Source: Tubulanus polymorphus | Lineage: Eukaryota > Animalia > Nemertea | Length of the DNA: 64,000 bases | Assembly: GCF_964204645.1 (NCBI RefSeq) | Contig: NC_134036.1 | Coordinates: forward strand, 9,093,859 to 9,157,858 | Reading direction: 5' to 3' | Part shown: in pieces, positions 46,544-60,269 of the stretch | How the letters are laid out: every line of letters starts with the position of its first letter | Numbering within the stretch: position 1 is the stretch's first letter | Position numbers and translations under genes: made by a program | The notes under the pieces: model-generated | What the model was told of the DNA's origin: nothing | Seen by the model: the letters and a program-made list of their open reading frames with translations, nothing else | Database searches by the model: none

Positions 46544-49500
46544 TTATAGCTGACTAAAGTGATACTTGGCCAAACTATCAGCTAGTTTCGCTACTTTAGG
46601 TCGAATTCTCCCTGGAGGGTTGTAACACACTATGTAGCGCTGGAAAAATTCCATTGTATTGCCTACTGCACTTGGGTTTTTAATGTTGAAGACAAAATAA
46701 GAACAAAACAGTAGTTTCAGTGCATCCATCTGTGAAGTGACTTTAAACATGATCAGTTTGTCCACAGTAATAATATATTGGTCCTCACCATTCACAGCAG
46801 CTGAAAAGAAAGTAATATTGTGAATGTATTTGATAATACAGCAGTATCCAGTCAGTCAAAATCAATTTGAAATCGAATTATTTTTAAGCTGCATACAATT
46901 AAATGGTTTTATGAACAGCATCGCCCAGTAGTTAGAGCGTACGGCTTTGTGGAATGCAAGGTCATGGGTTCGAACCGCGGTTGTGCTGTGATGTCCTTGA
47001 GAAAGTTACATCATCCACATTAGCTCCTTGCTGAATGGCACTCACCGCGGTAACTAGAGGTCCGAGACACCATGCCCATTTGGGAAGGAATTTTAAATGC
47101 TTAACAGTTAATCAAAAAGATTTCAACTGGATTCCGTTTACAGACAGACAAACTGACAAATGAAATGTGAACACAATAGCTCACTGGGACTTAAGTCCCA
47201 AGTCGGCTAAAACAGTAAAAGTAATTCAGATCATTTACGTATAAACTAGAAATTTATATCTAGTTTATACGTCCATGTTCAGTTGAAACATTGTTCTGTG
47301 AAAGACTATTCATAATTTGTGATTAAAGCTCATGGAAAATGTGACAAAATTATTCACACAACAAAGACATCACGTCTAGATATCTTCAACAGCGTAGCAA
47401 TTATCGATATTTTGCTCTTCTTATATAACTAGATGTGTTTTGACATGTCTGAAGTTAGATATCAAGTTTAATTTTGACAGTATATCTATGGCACAGATAT
47501 CATGCCAACAACGCGTCATAAAAGGAAATAAATTTGTTGTGAATTCCATGCCATATTTTGAATAGCTAGTATCCCGCATTTTTATCCAGGACTCGGTTCC
47601 ACAGTTGTGAGTTATAGTTAACTCCGAGTTAAAATTAGTTCATTTTCAATGTTTTAACTCGGAGTCAAATCCTAACTCGGAACTGTGGAACTGGGTCCTG
47701 GATACTTCATTTTCAATGTTTTAACTCGGAGTCAAATCTTAACTCGGAACTGTGGAACTGAAATCCAATTTTGGGCCCTGAAATATGACGGCATACTTAC
47801 AGAAAATGTTTATAGTTGGTGACGAGGGGAGATCATCCTCAAACGAATCATCTCGGTTCATTTCAATAATACTGCGGTCCTCTTTGAAGAATGTTGTTAG
47901 CATTTCAAAACATTGCAAATGCACGTCAGTAGTTTTTCTTCCGCCAAAGGTCTTTTTCTTGTCTAGAAAAGTACGCAGCAACTCCAACCTTGTGGAAACA
48001 TGGGTTGAAAAGTCCTTTAGGTCGAAATTGATAGAGCATTCGCAAAGACGTACAAAATAAACTATTTCCTTAAAGACATGAGGCCACCTCTCAATGAGAC
48101 ATTTAATGTCATGTTTAGTGTGAGCTTCAATTCTAATACTATCATATAATGATTCGAGCAGCTGTTCAATTTCAGCAGACTGCTTTTGTCCACTTTGAAA
48201 AAGTTCTTGAAGCTTCTTCATGGTGGGATTGTCGGATTTAGCCTTTTTTACAGAAATGTTTTCAAACTCTACGGCACTTTTACGTTTCTTCTCGCGCGTT
48301 TCTTGATCGCGGAATGATGCTAATCGTTTGAAAATTGCAGTGAAACCATTGTTTATAACCTGATCGAGCAATCTACACTCGAATGCTTTTGGGAAGGTCT
48401 TTGTAAGCGCATCAGCAATTTGCTTAAATTCAGCATTTCCTGGCTTATCACAAAATTTTTTAAGTTCTGCATACATAAGTTTCAATAGTAATGATCGATT
48501 AGATTCATCAAGCCTTGTACCACCATTTAATTTTTGGAGAATTGATGGCGGTATTTTACTAAAAGGTATCTCAAATCGCTGTGCTGGTGTTGATTCTCGG
48601 AGTAGTAGCTTCGCTGACGGTTCATCTAGTTGAGAATATGTTGAGTTTTCCAGCATTGATGTTGGTGTCGTGTTGTCCAGAGAGGTGAGAACTGAAACAA
48701 AAATGTATCATCTACTACATGTACTAATCCCAGAATTGGGTACAAATACATGCCTATTATAATCACCTTTCACTTCAGGAACTAAAGTCATTTCTGTACC
48801 CTTTGGCACCACATCGAAAATGTCATCGTCTAATTCCACACCATCCTTTAGGGTGATCTTGAAATCATTCGGATCAATGTTGAATTTGAGCGATACTAGA
48901 AAAAAAAGTAAACCCTAAATCGGACATGTACTTCCGGTATTTATTCGACTCGGACAAACACATCTTTCCATCTATGTAATACTAAATTAAGTGCCTAATT
49001 CAGACAAATCATAGTCCCATTAGGTCAGTTGAGTGAGTTGAATGAGATTTCTTGTATATGATTAAAACTACGTACTATAATGATCAAAGCATAAAAACGG
49101 CCGATTATGCGAACAAGGGGAAGGGGGTTGCAAAATCCAAATTTTATGTGTACATATTAAATGAAAAGAATAATGAATCCACATTTAAGTCGCGCTTACC
49201 TTTAGTGATTAATTCATCGTAACAATCTCCCTTGATACCACATCTTCGTGTGTTATATTTCACGACATAATAACTCGGAGAACCTGAACTGAGTAATGAC
49301 TGAAAAAAAAACATTAAAAAGCTGTAAATATATAAAACTGTCGGTTTCTGAACTCGCAGCCACAACTTAACATTTTTTGTGTTATGCAGAGACACATGAT
49401 ACAAATTAGCGACCTGTCCTTGCACACAAATTCTTTATGCCAAATCCTAGAGTCAGTGATTTTAGAATAATTAATGTATACATAAAAACTACAGGTACAA

Positions 49501-52500
49501 TTTCATTTAAACATTTCACGTTTATGATTTTGATCCTATACTTGATCCGCCACAAATACTGAGTATTTATTCGATTAAATTAATTACTTACATCGATACT
49601 AGAGTAGTCTGAGATATCAAGTGTATCATTTAAGATCATCTCGCTTTGAACGACTGGCACCTAAAAGTAAAAAGTATTGCGGTAACAATTTCATACACAA
49701 AGTCCTATTTATATATTGTTTACCCATTATATTTTATTATATGGAACCTAATTTCTACGTATTTCAACTTTGCTTGAGAGGATTAAATCGGTACCATTCA
49801 TCTGGTTCGGTTCAAATATTCAAATGACACTGTTGTCAGGTGTCCATCAACTTTATATTATCTTGTTATCACCTGCTGTAATTTTCTAATGTAATTCAAT
49901 TCGCGAATAAAGAATAATAATAATAATGATAATAAAGAACTAATAGTGAAGCAACACTTTAAATAAAAAACTCTTGAAAATCCTGATTAATTCAAATAAC
50001 AGACCCACTAATCGGTACTAATGTACCAACCAGCTAGTCTTAATTAACGGTCATTGGCACACTAATTTTTCAAATTTCTATTTCACAGTTTAATACCATC
50101 CTGTTAACCTAGCTAAACATTTCTAATCATAATTTTACCAAATTATTTTGTTAACGCGCCTATGTGAAGATTAAGAGCACATTGTATTCACTGTGTGTAG
50201 TTCACTAAAGTACCGAGTGGAGTGGTTCACATTGACTCATTTGATTCGCACTGCTGCAGAGACTGTCTGCTATACACACGTTGAGGCAGCTTTTATTCAG
50301 TTCACTTCAGTACTAGTGTTTTTAATTTGGCTCATACAGATAACGCAGTGCATAACAATCCATGACATTCACTGAAGGTTCTTCTCAGTTTATATAGCTA
50401 TCCAATGATGCCATTCAATAAATAATACATATTACATAAGCGATGATACAGTTGATTAAAAGTAGAGTGCTATGCTTTCAACATTGTAACCGTGCTGCTG
50501 AGCGAATCAAATGACGTCATGAATCACTGCTGTTTACAACAGACCACATTGTAGTTGTGCAGGAGAAGCAATGCTGATCGAAACCCGTTATGCCATCTTT
50601 TTTAATGCTTTATTCAAGCAGAATGCAAGCATTTTATTTACTTCAATCTATCTATTAGAAGTAATTCTTGAATTCTAAAATAAATTTTTTTAATGTGCCA
50701 ATGACCTTTAAATAACACAGAACAATCTTGAACAAAACTGTATAAAATTAGAACATCAAATGCCTCATCAATGTACCTTATTAACGCATGACCAATGCAT
50801 GTTTGATTACAACCACATTTTTTGAGGACATTTTGTAAGATGGCAGTGGATAAAAATCACATAATTCTGACAGTTTTAAACACAGTTTTTCCTGTTTCAA
50901 TTGGAGCTCGAATACACCATATGCTTCAGAGTATATAGCATTCTCCAGGTCCACGACGCAGAATGGTTCCTCATCGGAAACAAGCAGTAGAATAATTCTT
51001 CCAAACACTGTCTCACTTTCACTACTTGAGATAGCTACATGCATGTCACTGTCCAATTTATATATAACACTTTTGAAATTAATTTCTTTAGTCACTAAAC
51101 ACTGTTTGGAATAAGGTATGACATCTCGTACAGACTTAGAAATCTCAGCACTATAAATACTGTCAACAAATTTGAAACCTTCAACATAAGTCAAGTTTGG
51201 AGAAAAGAGACTACCAATAGAATAGTATGCCTGAAGATACTGATGTTTTTCAGAAAGTGAAAATAAGACGTTTTTAAAGTTTTGAGTTCGTCTGACAATT
51301 TGCTTGAAGTATGTATGTTTGCTTTCCATGCGTAAAGTCCAGAGTCTAATTAAAGGGCCAAAATACAATGTCATCAATGGATAGTGTAGGATAAAATGGT
51401 GCTTAGGACGTAAATTAGAATTTGGGAATACATCAATCCTCAATTGAATATACTGTTCAATCAAAGTTTCCATCATCGCTAACATTTCCATGGTGACACA
51501 TGGAGAACATATATACTCAACTACCTGCTTTAACATAATAAACAATCGCCATACTTCATCTGATGTATTCAGAATTTCATCTTCTAAAACCACCGGAATC
51601 AAACGAAGTAGGTTCCAATTCTGAACGGCACTCCCACTTACTTTAACTGATTTCTTCTTTTTTTTGTCAACACTCAAACATGGCCTATCTAGGACATCAG
51701 ACCCTGCTAATTTGAATTTTCTAAATCTATCAACAACATTAGATGCTGTAAACCACTTTTTCTTAATAAAATCATTTAATATAAGGCCAAGATCAATTTT
51801 CAGTATACCCTCAAAAACGTCATGTGCTAGGCAGGGGGGTAAACCTGGCTGCTGAACATGAAAATACTTCATCTGATTCAAGACAGAATTTTCCTTGACC
51901 CCATTATGTATAGAATTTTCAGTATTTACTTTTTCTACGGAGTCCTTATAACATTTTACATCACGGATGATTTTAGGCCATATGTCCTTGTTTTTTTGTT
52001 CTATGTTTGAATGAAGACAGTATCTGCACCAAAATGCAGAGGTTGAAAAATTTTCTGTGAAACCCCAAATACCGTTGGATCCTAAATTGTCCCCTAAAAC
52101 ACAAAGTACCGATCCATTAATAGTTTTTCCTAAAGATTGAATTTCAATACCATTACTTTCAATAGATTTTATGTCTTGAACCAATCTTTCAAAGACTTTT
52201 TTAATGCCAAGTTGCTTTACAGTACTACTTTTACACAAGAAGCACAATTGTATACTATCAATTTTAGACCGGTGCCATGGAAAGATATTACCCAAAGTGA
52301 AATAGCAGGCCAATACTTTGTGCCTGGTTTTGGCACTTCCTAGGGGATTAACAATTTCCATTTCATCCTGATATAATATAATTTCCAAGCATTTTTCATG
52401 AGAAGCATTGAAAAATTGATTTTGTCTAAAAGCCAACCCGTCATGGATATCAACCATTTTATCAAGATTAGATGGGCATGGACAATTAAATTGGTTGACA

Positions 52501-54784
52501 ACTGCTGAGTCACTGAAAAAGCCTTCAATGCTTCTAGCAATGGGTACATAATACATAAATTGGTCATTACCACCAAGAACTATTTTCTCTGGTGGAATTA
52601 CATTAAAATTCTTTCCATAAAACTTTTTTCTACAATGCTCCGAACGAAATGGACCGTTCTTCATGTCTAGAATTTGAGAGAATTCATTTTGTTGAGCCAG
52701 TTCATCAATAACTTTCTGTGCGACATCATCTGTTATTTCAAGACTTTTCAACTTATGCCACAATACTCCACTTACATACTTTTGTTCAAGGTGGAAAACA
52801 TTGGCAAATTCTTCAACTATTATTTGTACAGTAGAAGTTGGTACTAAAAGCTTAGACTGTAATTTCAGATACAAAAGAGCTAAGCTCATTTCAAGTTGCC
52901 TGACATCAGTAGAACTATTGGTTAGAGTTTCATCCAGGTGTAAATCTGAAATGTCTCCTGCTGCTTCTGCAGTTTCAATGGAATCACTGACTGAATCGGT
53001 CTGAGAATCATTTTTCTCCAGAACTAACGGTACTGCAATTTCAGCCTTTATATTATCGCGAAACCAATCCTCCCTATGCTGCCGTGAAAGATGGCTTGAA
53101 AATGAAGACTTTACATCATATTTATAGCTACAATCCTTAAACGGACACGATATTTCATGACCCACTCCAATATGTACCTTTAGGTGCGCGATTAGACTAC
53201 TCAAAGACATAAATACTTTATCGCATAGAGACACTGAACATTTGAACTCAGCAAGACATGATGGTCTTCTGAGGCCTCCATCTTTTTTTTTGCATCATGA
53301 TTCCTATTTATATGCTTACGTAGTGCATCATAGGAAGGTGATAAGACATTACAATGTGGGCAAGGTATGTTTGGAAAATTTGGTAGATTTTTATGCTCTC
53401 TGTAATGACGACAATACGATTTCACTGATGTTGACTGTGCCTGACATACAAGGCATTTATATAGTTCCTACAAATAAACCCAGACCTTAGATTTAATCAC
53501 AGCATGACTCAAGAATTTACCAATGCTCTTAGTCCTATCCTATATTTTTACTTGAATGCGAAACTATATCAAAATGGTGTGGGATCTTCCTAATAATATT
53601 ACATTAGAACACATGAATCTGGCATGGTCTTTAATAGGCTCTAGGCACGGGCTTGGTTCACTTTATTATAAAGAACTCATCCTCATTGATTAGGCCTAGC
53701 CTATATTGACCACACACTGACTGACACACATCATCCAGACCTGCCAACCCCAGAAAAATGTCGTCAGTTTTTGAGTTTGTCAGTATTTTTTAATAGTAAC
53801 TCGACACGAAAAATAACTTCCATTCCGGTCGAAAATAGAATTTCTAACCAAATAAATGACTAGGCCTATAGGCCTAAAACATTGTAAGAATTAATGCTAT
53901 CACAATTATTAATATTAATATATTATTATAGGCCTACTAAATTAGAAATGAATTACATTTCTTTTACAGTATCTAATCAGTATTAAATCTGATCAGTATC
54001 TAATAATTCAAGCAATTTCTTCAATATCATGATTATTTTTCTGTTATTTTCCAGAATCGCAAGGCCGGTGATGTAATATATCAAAACGAAATCAAAAACG
54101 TGCTCCAACACGTGTTACCAATTAAAACTACATGTATCAATTCAAGATTCTGAATAAACTCTTCAATAAATAGCGTCTTTTTAAGTCTAAATCTAATCGC
54201 CTTATTAATTCATAGGGCTAGGCCCTTATTACAATTTATGAATCATAAAGATATTATCAATCGTAGTTTCAAGATTCTGTTACTTTTGAATTAAATTGAA
54301 ATAAGCGCGTGTTAGAGCAGCTCCTTGTGTTACAAAACAGCATGCAGATTCTCTATCGATCACTAGTTGCCTATTGCTACTGTCTAGTCAATTATTTTAT
54401 CACCACTCAGAATTCTATTCAAGACCGTACTAAATAGAGAGAGTCCATAGGCCTACACAAAAGCCCACAGCCATATGAAAATACGGTGAAAAAGTACGGT
54501 TGGCAGGTCCATGACACAGTTTACACTAGTTACACTACTACAGTTGTCCGAGGTGACATGACATTTATTTTAGGGCTTTAGTCTAACGAGACATTTATTT
54601 TAGGCCCTTTTCCGGAAATATTCATATAATCAAACGGGAATTTGATACCGGAAACCTCCCTCCGGACACACGAGACCTGGAGAAAAGTTATCGCTACTTT
54701 TGATTGATGATGCTTGCAGTGAGAGGTTATAGAAATTAAAAAATTGCTTACCTGTAAAGTCGAACCGGTTTGCAGTTCCGCCAT
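46544..54784 (-). CDS. Six-exon CACTA accessory protein (492 aa): CIDE-N-like domain plus SAMD3-like C-terminus
   Basis: Exons 54784-54752, 49660-49592, 49299-49200, 48895-48767, 48691-47801 and 46800-46544 are all GT-AG and phase-compatible, total 1479 nt, with no internal stop seen. RRCGIKGDCYDELITKVSLKFNI..ITLKDGVELDDDIFDVVPKGT resembles CIDE-N; LFCSYFVFNIKNP..TMEFFQRY is SAMD3-like. Confidence 0.8.
46916..47100 (+). mobile_element. tRNA-derived SINE inside an intron of the CACTA accessory gene
   Basis: A-box-like CCCAGTAGTTAGAGCG and B-box GGTTCGAACC, followed by a CORE-like TGTCCTTGAGAAAGTTAC rather than an acceptor stem. Confidence 0.65.
47586..47760. mobile_element. Small palindromic MITE with partial tandem duplication; related copy at about 26532-26626
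   Basis: CCAGGACTCGGTTCCACAGTT ... AACTGTGGAACTGGGTCCTGG; the second half is repeated at 47706-47760. Confidence 0.55.
50781..53467 (-). CDS. CACTA/EnSpm transposase with four N-terminal C2H2 fingers; one frameshift in an A9 run
   Basis: Acceptor TAG|GAA at 53467; CLVC..H..H, CPHC..H..H, C...C..HLKVH, CPFKDC..HLSRQH; LYQDEMEIVNPLG, GDNLG, CRYC, PPCLAHDVFEG, PKHHFILHYP, WTLRMESKH. The frame changes at the poly-T 53283-53291. Confidence 0.88.
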
Positions 54785-55810
54785 CTTGCATCGAACACGC
54801 CTGTTGACGACAGTAAAATGCGGAAAAAAACGAAAAAATACGACCGGCTGCCTACGAAAAACGGCATTCTCCGTTTTGTGATGTTAAGATCAGTAATGAC
54901 ACGTCCGCACATCGTTATATATTTCACACTGACGGTATTTTAACGGTGCACGCCTCAGCCAAACGTCTACCTGTCGCAAAAAAATTGATTTTGCCGTCCC
55001 AGAAAAAATGTTGCCGTATCGAAACGTCGACCACCCATCTAATATCGCTGTGCACCGCACTGCTACGCTTGGTCAACCGTGAAAATGAGTTTTATCGTCG
55101 TTTTCATGTCTTCCGTAAAAAAACGGCTACCTGTTTTACTGTTGTTTAACAGAAATTACTGGAAAAATAACGTAAAATTGCGAAATTTGGCTAATTTTAA
55201 CGTTTTATTGCGATTTTAATGGAAAAAGGGGTGTTAATAAACGATAAGCACCGTATCTTTTTTTACAGTGCAATAGACTTGGGCAGTGAGGATTGGAACT
55301 GGGGGGCAATGTTTCGGATATCTAAAAATTGTGGAGTTCACCTAAGTATATAAATATCTTGCAGCTTTTATTACAATTGTGATATCCATATTTCTCATTG
55401 TATGCATGGATTCAAATGGCGTAAGCATACTCTGACCGCGTTTATACAGACAGACACAGGCGCGGATCCATGGTTTTTCCTGGAGGGGGTTCATAAAAAA
55501 ATGTTAATGTTAAACTGACGAAGGGCGAAGCTCGCTCGGCCTTAACGAACATGACGTGAAAGACGGGGGTGGACAAACAATATTGAAAATATACGTCAGT
55601 GAGTTTCATTTTGGCCACAAAGATATTTGCATTGACAATGTGAGTTAAGCCGTTTTAACAGTTTATCTGAAATTCAAAACGTGCGCTGTTCATTTGAGAA
55701 ACGTTCACGATCCATCAGATACCACCAATATATAATTTGTGTTTCCTGTAACTAAAAGAAATCTAGTCCCAAAAGCGAAAGATGATTTAAACTTTTGTGA
55801 CTGTCCATTT

Positions 55811-56278
55811 CAGGCGTGGATCCAGGGGCATTCAGTGACGACTTACTGCACAGTGAAAAAAGGGCACCAACTTTGAAAAGGGCCAGTATTAATGCCCAAC
55901 GAGCGAGTTTGAGTTTGAGTGCCATTTATTGGTATCATGCCACTAAATCTGTCTTCACATTCAAATTTGCTTGTGCCTTTTTTAGATTTTAGGCGAAATT
56001 TACCCTTTTTCAATTAAATTTATAGAGCAACAATGATGTCTATTTTGTAATAGTGCCCTTTTGAGTAAAGGAAAATGCCTTAGATTGCCTTTTTTGATTT
56101 GGGCAATTTCATTCACATTTTGCTTTAGACCTAGTACAGAAAGGCAATTATTTTTTATGACGCACAAATTGTTTGCCCTTTTATTTAATTTTTTCCTCGA
56201 AACATAAATTTTTCAAGGACATTTGAAAACTGCGACTACCGCACGTGCTGCATGTGCGATAGTCTGGATCCGCGCCTG
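55811..56278. mobile_element. hAT-like MITE with 5-bp TSD
   Basis: TIR CAGGCGTGGATCCAG / CTGGATCCGCGCCTG; exact CATTT on both sides. Confidence 0.8.
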
Positions 56279-57146
56279 CATTTGAGAACTAAAACTATGA
56301 GATGTACTTTAATTTGCTCTTCTATACGTGACTGGACATTGTGTAAAAGCTTTTGATTAAACTCAGAGGCCTATATGATATGCGTGATCTGGAAACAATT
56401 TATCGCTTTTATCGCTTATGTGCGAAGAAACGTTTTACATTGAAATGTCCAACACCAAGATTTACGGTCCAAACACGCATATGTGAGAAAAGGTCAAGAA
56501 CAGAAAATATACAAAGCTACCGAACTGCGGCGGATGGTAGCAGATGCTGAGCGAAAACAGTGCATCCTGCTGTCAGTTTGTGCAGTCGTTGTAGGTCAAC
56601 GCGTTATCAGAATCATTCGCACGATAGGTTTTATCGAGTGAGCATATCCGTTTGGAGCTGAGCAGCAGAATTTACTTATTCTTCTATTCGAAGGAAGATT
56701 TTATCTATACTTAGTCATGTTCATATTCTCTGATTTACATGTTTTTCAGATATATATATATATATAACGTTTTAGAATAAGATCAGAAATAAATTCGTAA
56801 ATATAAAGCAGGGTTTTAGTATCGATACTGATATAATTCTAACAGACTTTTGAATGATCAAGGGTTATCAATATCGTGCCTTCTTCAAACCCGTAGCCAG
56901 GATTTTGAAAGGGGCGTTGTTTGAATTATAAAAGGGGCACTTCTGCATGTTTTGTATCCCAGGAAAGCGAGCATCGTGTGCTTAAAACAGAATTCTGCAG
57001 TTATTCCACAAACAATAAAAACACAAGAAATGCATTTCAGTATAACCATTTGAAATGTTAGTTAGTAAATAATGACATTTATTCACCGCTAATAGAAGTA
57101 ACTCTGCATGTTCAATAGTTCAAATTAAAATGTTTGCTAACTACAT

Positions 57147-57462
57147 CCCTTATGAAAATGGTACACGTGTATTTAGCTAAATACACGTGTAATACACGTG
57201 TAATATGAAATTACACGTGTACTTTTGACGTGTATTTTGAAGTACATGTGTAAAACACGTGTATTTCTAAAATACACGTGTAGTTTGGACATGTATTTTG
57301 AATTACACGTGTACTGAAGATGTGTATCTTGAAATACACGTGTAACTTAGGACGTGTATTTTAAAAACACGTGTAAATTCATGTGTGGCTTCTGAAATAC
57401 ATGTGCAATCTGGATGCATGTACTAGGCTAAATTATACATGTACCTTGTTTCTCATAATTGG
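57147..57462. repeat. MITE-like element made of tandem TACACGTGTA palindromes
   Basis: More than ten copies of (A/T)ACAC/TGTGTA at ~20-bp spacing, with imperfect ends CCCTTATGAAAATGGTAC / GTACCTTGTTTCTCATAATTGG. Confidence 0.7.
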
Positions 57463-57849
57463 TCACTTTTGTGAACTGCAATAAAATTTGTAATTACATC
57501 ATTTAGCTTCACATGATTTCATAAAAAGTAAGATTTTGCATGTAATGTTCAGAGAATTGAAGGAATCTCCTGTCTTTTTAATTGTTTGATCCTCATTTAG
57601 TAGTTTTTTCCAGGATGCCGTGTCAAAAAAGTCATGTTGTTTGTCCTGTATTGACTAGATTGGATCCTGTATGAATGAAGCACATGTCTTTGTTGCCCTC
57701 TGAATAAATCCAAAAACTGTTTCACAAAAATCATGATCTGAACAAAAAATTTTGGATATTTCATTTATTATCAAGATAACTAGAGGCTTAGGGGACTGCC
57801 CAAGCCCCGAATTACAATGTTATTTATGAAAAATGTTGAATATATTGCT

Positions 57850-58315
57850 GTCACCAGCTCCAAGTGTTCTGCTTTCCTTGTAGGCCCATTCATTTTGCTA
57901 GCTAGCTCTTCTTAGCCGAGGAGTCTTTTCAGTTGTTCATTAATGGGCATGTACACAAAAAATGTCCTTTTTCCTCTAATGTTGCCTTATCATACTGTAT
58001 ATCACATAATGAACATTTGTATCATACCTGCAGTTTTTTGAATAATGTCTTATATACAGCGCAGTAATATTTGTTCACCTCCGCACATAGAGAAAATCTT
58101 TTCAAAATAGGCATTTAGAACTGCGTAGAACCGCTTCTCAGTAACAGTAAATTCAACCGATCCAACAATCCAGTCAAAACAGTTGATGTGGATCCAGCTT
58201 CGAGGGAGAACGTCATAATAGTAGTAACAGCCCCACGAAGGGTCACCTCAGCATTTGTGTGGAGAGGATCATCTATTTCCATCAATGAGCTGTGGCTGCA
58301 AACTAGATTAAACAT
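57850..58315 (-). pseudogene. Degenerate EnSpm transposase N-terminal fragment
   Basis: DDPLHTNAEVTLRGAVTTIMTF...LTGLLDRLNLLL followed after an intron by FVYMPINEQLKRLL; the latter resembles YVPI motifs in the other two transposases here. Confidence 0.5.
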
Positions 58316-60269
58316 TGTGGTGATTGGTCAAGTTCATATCGGATGAGTAGATTGGCAATTAAGATTGCATTCACTTTAGTCATAAGGCACTGTATTACTA
58401 ACTTACGTCGTCACAACCATTGTCTGCATTATTGGTGGATTGTGGCCATTTTCAATTCTTAAATCTTCCAGATTCTCAAAATCGACTTCTTGAAAAATCG
58501 AAATGTCCATCATTTAGCAACATATTACCATCTACAAAACAAGAAGTAATTTGAGAATAAATTATTCCCAAGCATATAGAACTTAAGGCTACAGTAGGCC
58601 TATACGTAGGTTGGTTTCCAGCTAGCGATTTCGTAGCCTATTGTTGCGATGAACAGTAAACCTCATGCATAACGTACCAGATCGGACCTGGCTTTTTTGT
58701 CTGTAAGGGCTTATATACGAAATACATAGCATTGTCTATCATACATTATCCATTATATATGTATACACCATATTTTGTATGTTGTACACATAAAAAGTAT
58801 GTGGTACAATGCGATCGTCCAATATACAGACACTGAGACAGACAGAGGCCATCCCCTCAATTAGAACTGAGCCCGCTTGTAAAAACTAACAACATTAACA
58901 TTAAACTAAACAATTGGCCTATGCAATTGCATAATTCTCCATGTCTCTTGTTAGTCCTGTCAACTTTATTGTCAAACCAATAATATACTTGTTTAACATT
59001 GAATTGATAAGAACCAATAAAGTCAATTTGATTTGCTTAGATTTAAAATGATCTTACCTCCAAATGTTTAACATGTAGGCCTACTCGCGTATTTTAGTGA
59101 GAGGTGTTTAAACATAATGGTCGCATGAGTAATTAAATGGTTGTGTCACAAAGGGAGAAATCTGCCTTAGACATAACATCCCGATATCTGGAGTTCTGGG
59201 CTTAGTAACGCATGTTTAGAATGAATTTTATCCGATATTTTTGTAACATATTGTTTTCTCTCTGCAAATTCCTGACGTTTTCTGGGAGCTAACGTTCATT
59301 GGCTAGTAGGCTGGATTGTATTTTCTCTTATTTCATAGACCTCCATGCATATAAACTTGAACTGAACTGAATGGGAACTGAGTTCGGTTAGGAGTAAAAA
59401 CCTCCTTATCAACTCCTACTGAATTGTATATAAAGGAGTGAAGAAAGAAACAAACCCTCGTACCGAATACACTTTTACGTATAAATGAGAATAATGCTCA
59501 CTAGGACGATGGCTAATTTGCGACCGTAAATGAAAGAAATACGACTCGAATATTTTTATTTTTATCATGCGTGACACGCGAATCTCCTATTAACGCTAGT
59601 AATGAGAGAAGAATCCACACGAATGAAATGTATCAGCTTCATAATGATCTTTAATCCTTGAATGACCATTCTTAATTAACACAAAACACTTAATATAAAT
59701 AATTTGTATCGATTACTATAGAATTTCCATTCAAAGAATGCATTTATCAAATTACATTGACTCTGAAAATGAACTTTCACACCCGTAAATTAGCTAAACT
59801 CGTGCCGTATTAAGCTATTTAGATTTATCGCAGTCTTGTGAAAATTTGTAAGCAGTCCTAATATATTCCCTGTATAATCAAAACTTAATTTCTATGTTAT
59901 GCACGTGTTTTAATTACGATTTCCCCTCTACATGTTTATCGAGAAGGGCCTGATTACAATCTGATTACAATTGATATAGCAGCAAAGTTATAGCAATTTA
60001 CTGTTAGACAAAGAAAATACAAAATCTATTTAGTTTTCTAAAATTGTATGTATGTCTCATACCGTCTCATTACCTCGAACACTGTGTATCGTATCACTCG
60101 AAATTCATAAATCTACCTGGCTTTATGGCTTAAAAAAACTAATTAAACCCAAAACACCAATACCTAAAATTCAGGTTATAGCGTTTAGTGGTGGGAGGAA
60201 AAATTCCTCCCTAAATCAATATACTTTGAATCGTAGACTCGGGTTCATTTTCCTTCAGTTGACATATGA

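Larger units (their letters stand above)
44708..55270 (-). mobile_element. Complete CACTA/EnSpm DNA transposon (element 2), 10.6 kb
   Basis: TIR CACTGTAAAAAA (44708) / TTTTTTACAGTG (55270), 2-bp TSD CA, subterminal regions rich in CCGT/ACGG motifs, and both transposase and accessory gene inside. Confidence 0.92.

Noticed and set aside
46916-46990. tRNA gene
   Set aside because: A and B boxes are present but there is no convincing cloverleaf or acceptor stem, and it runs into a SINE body.
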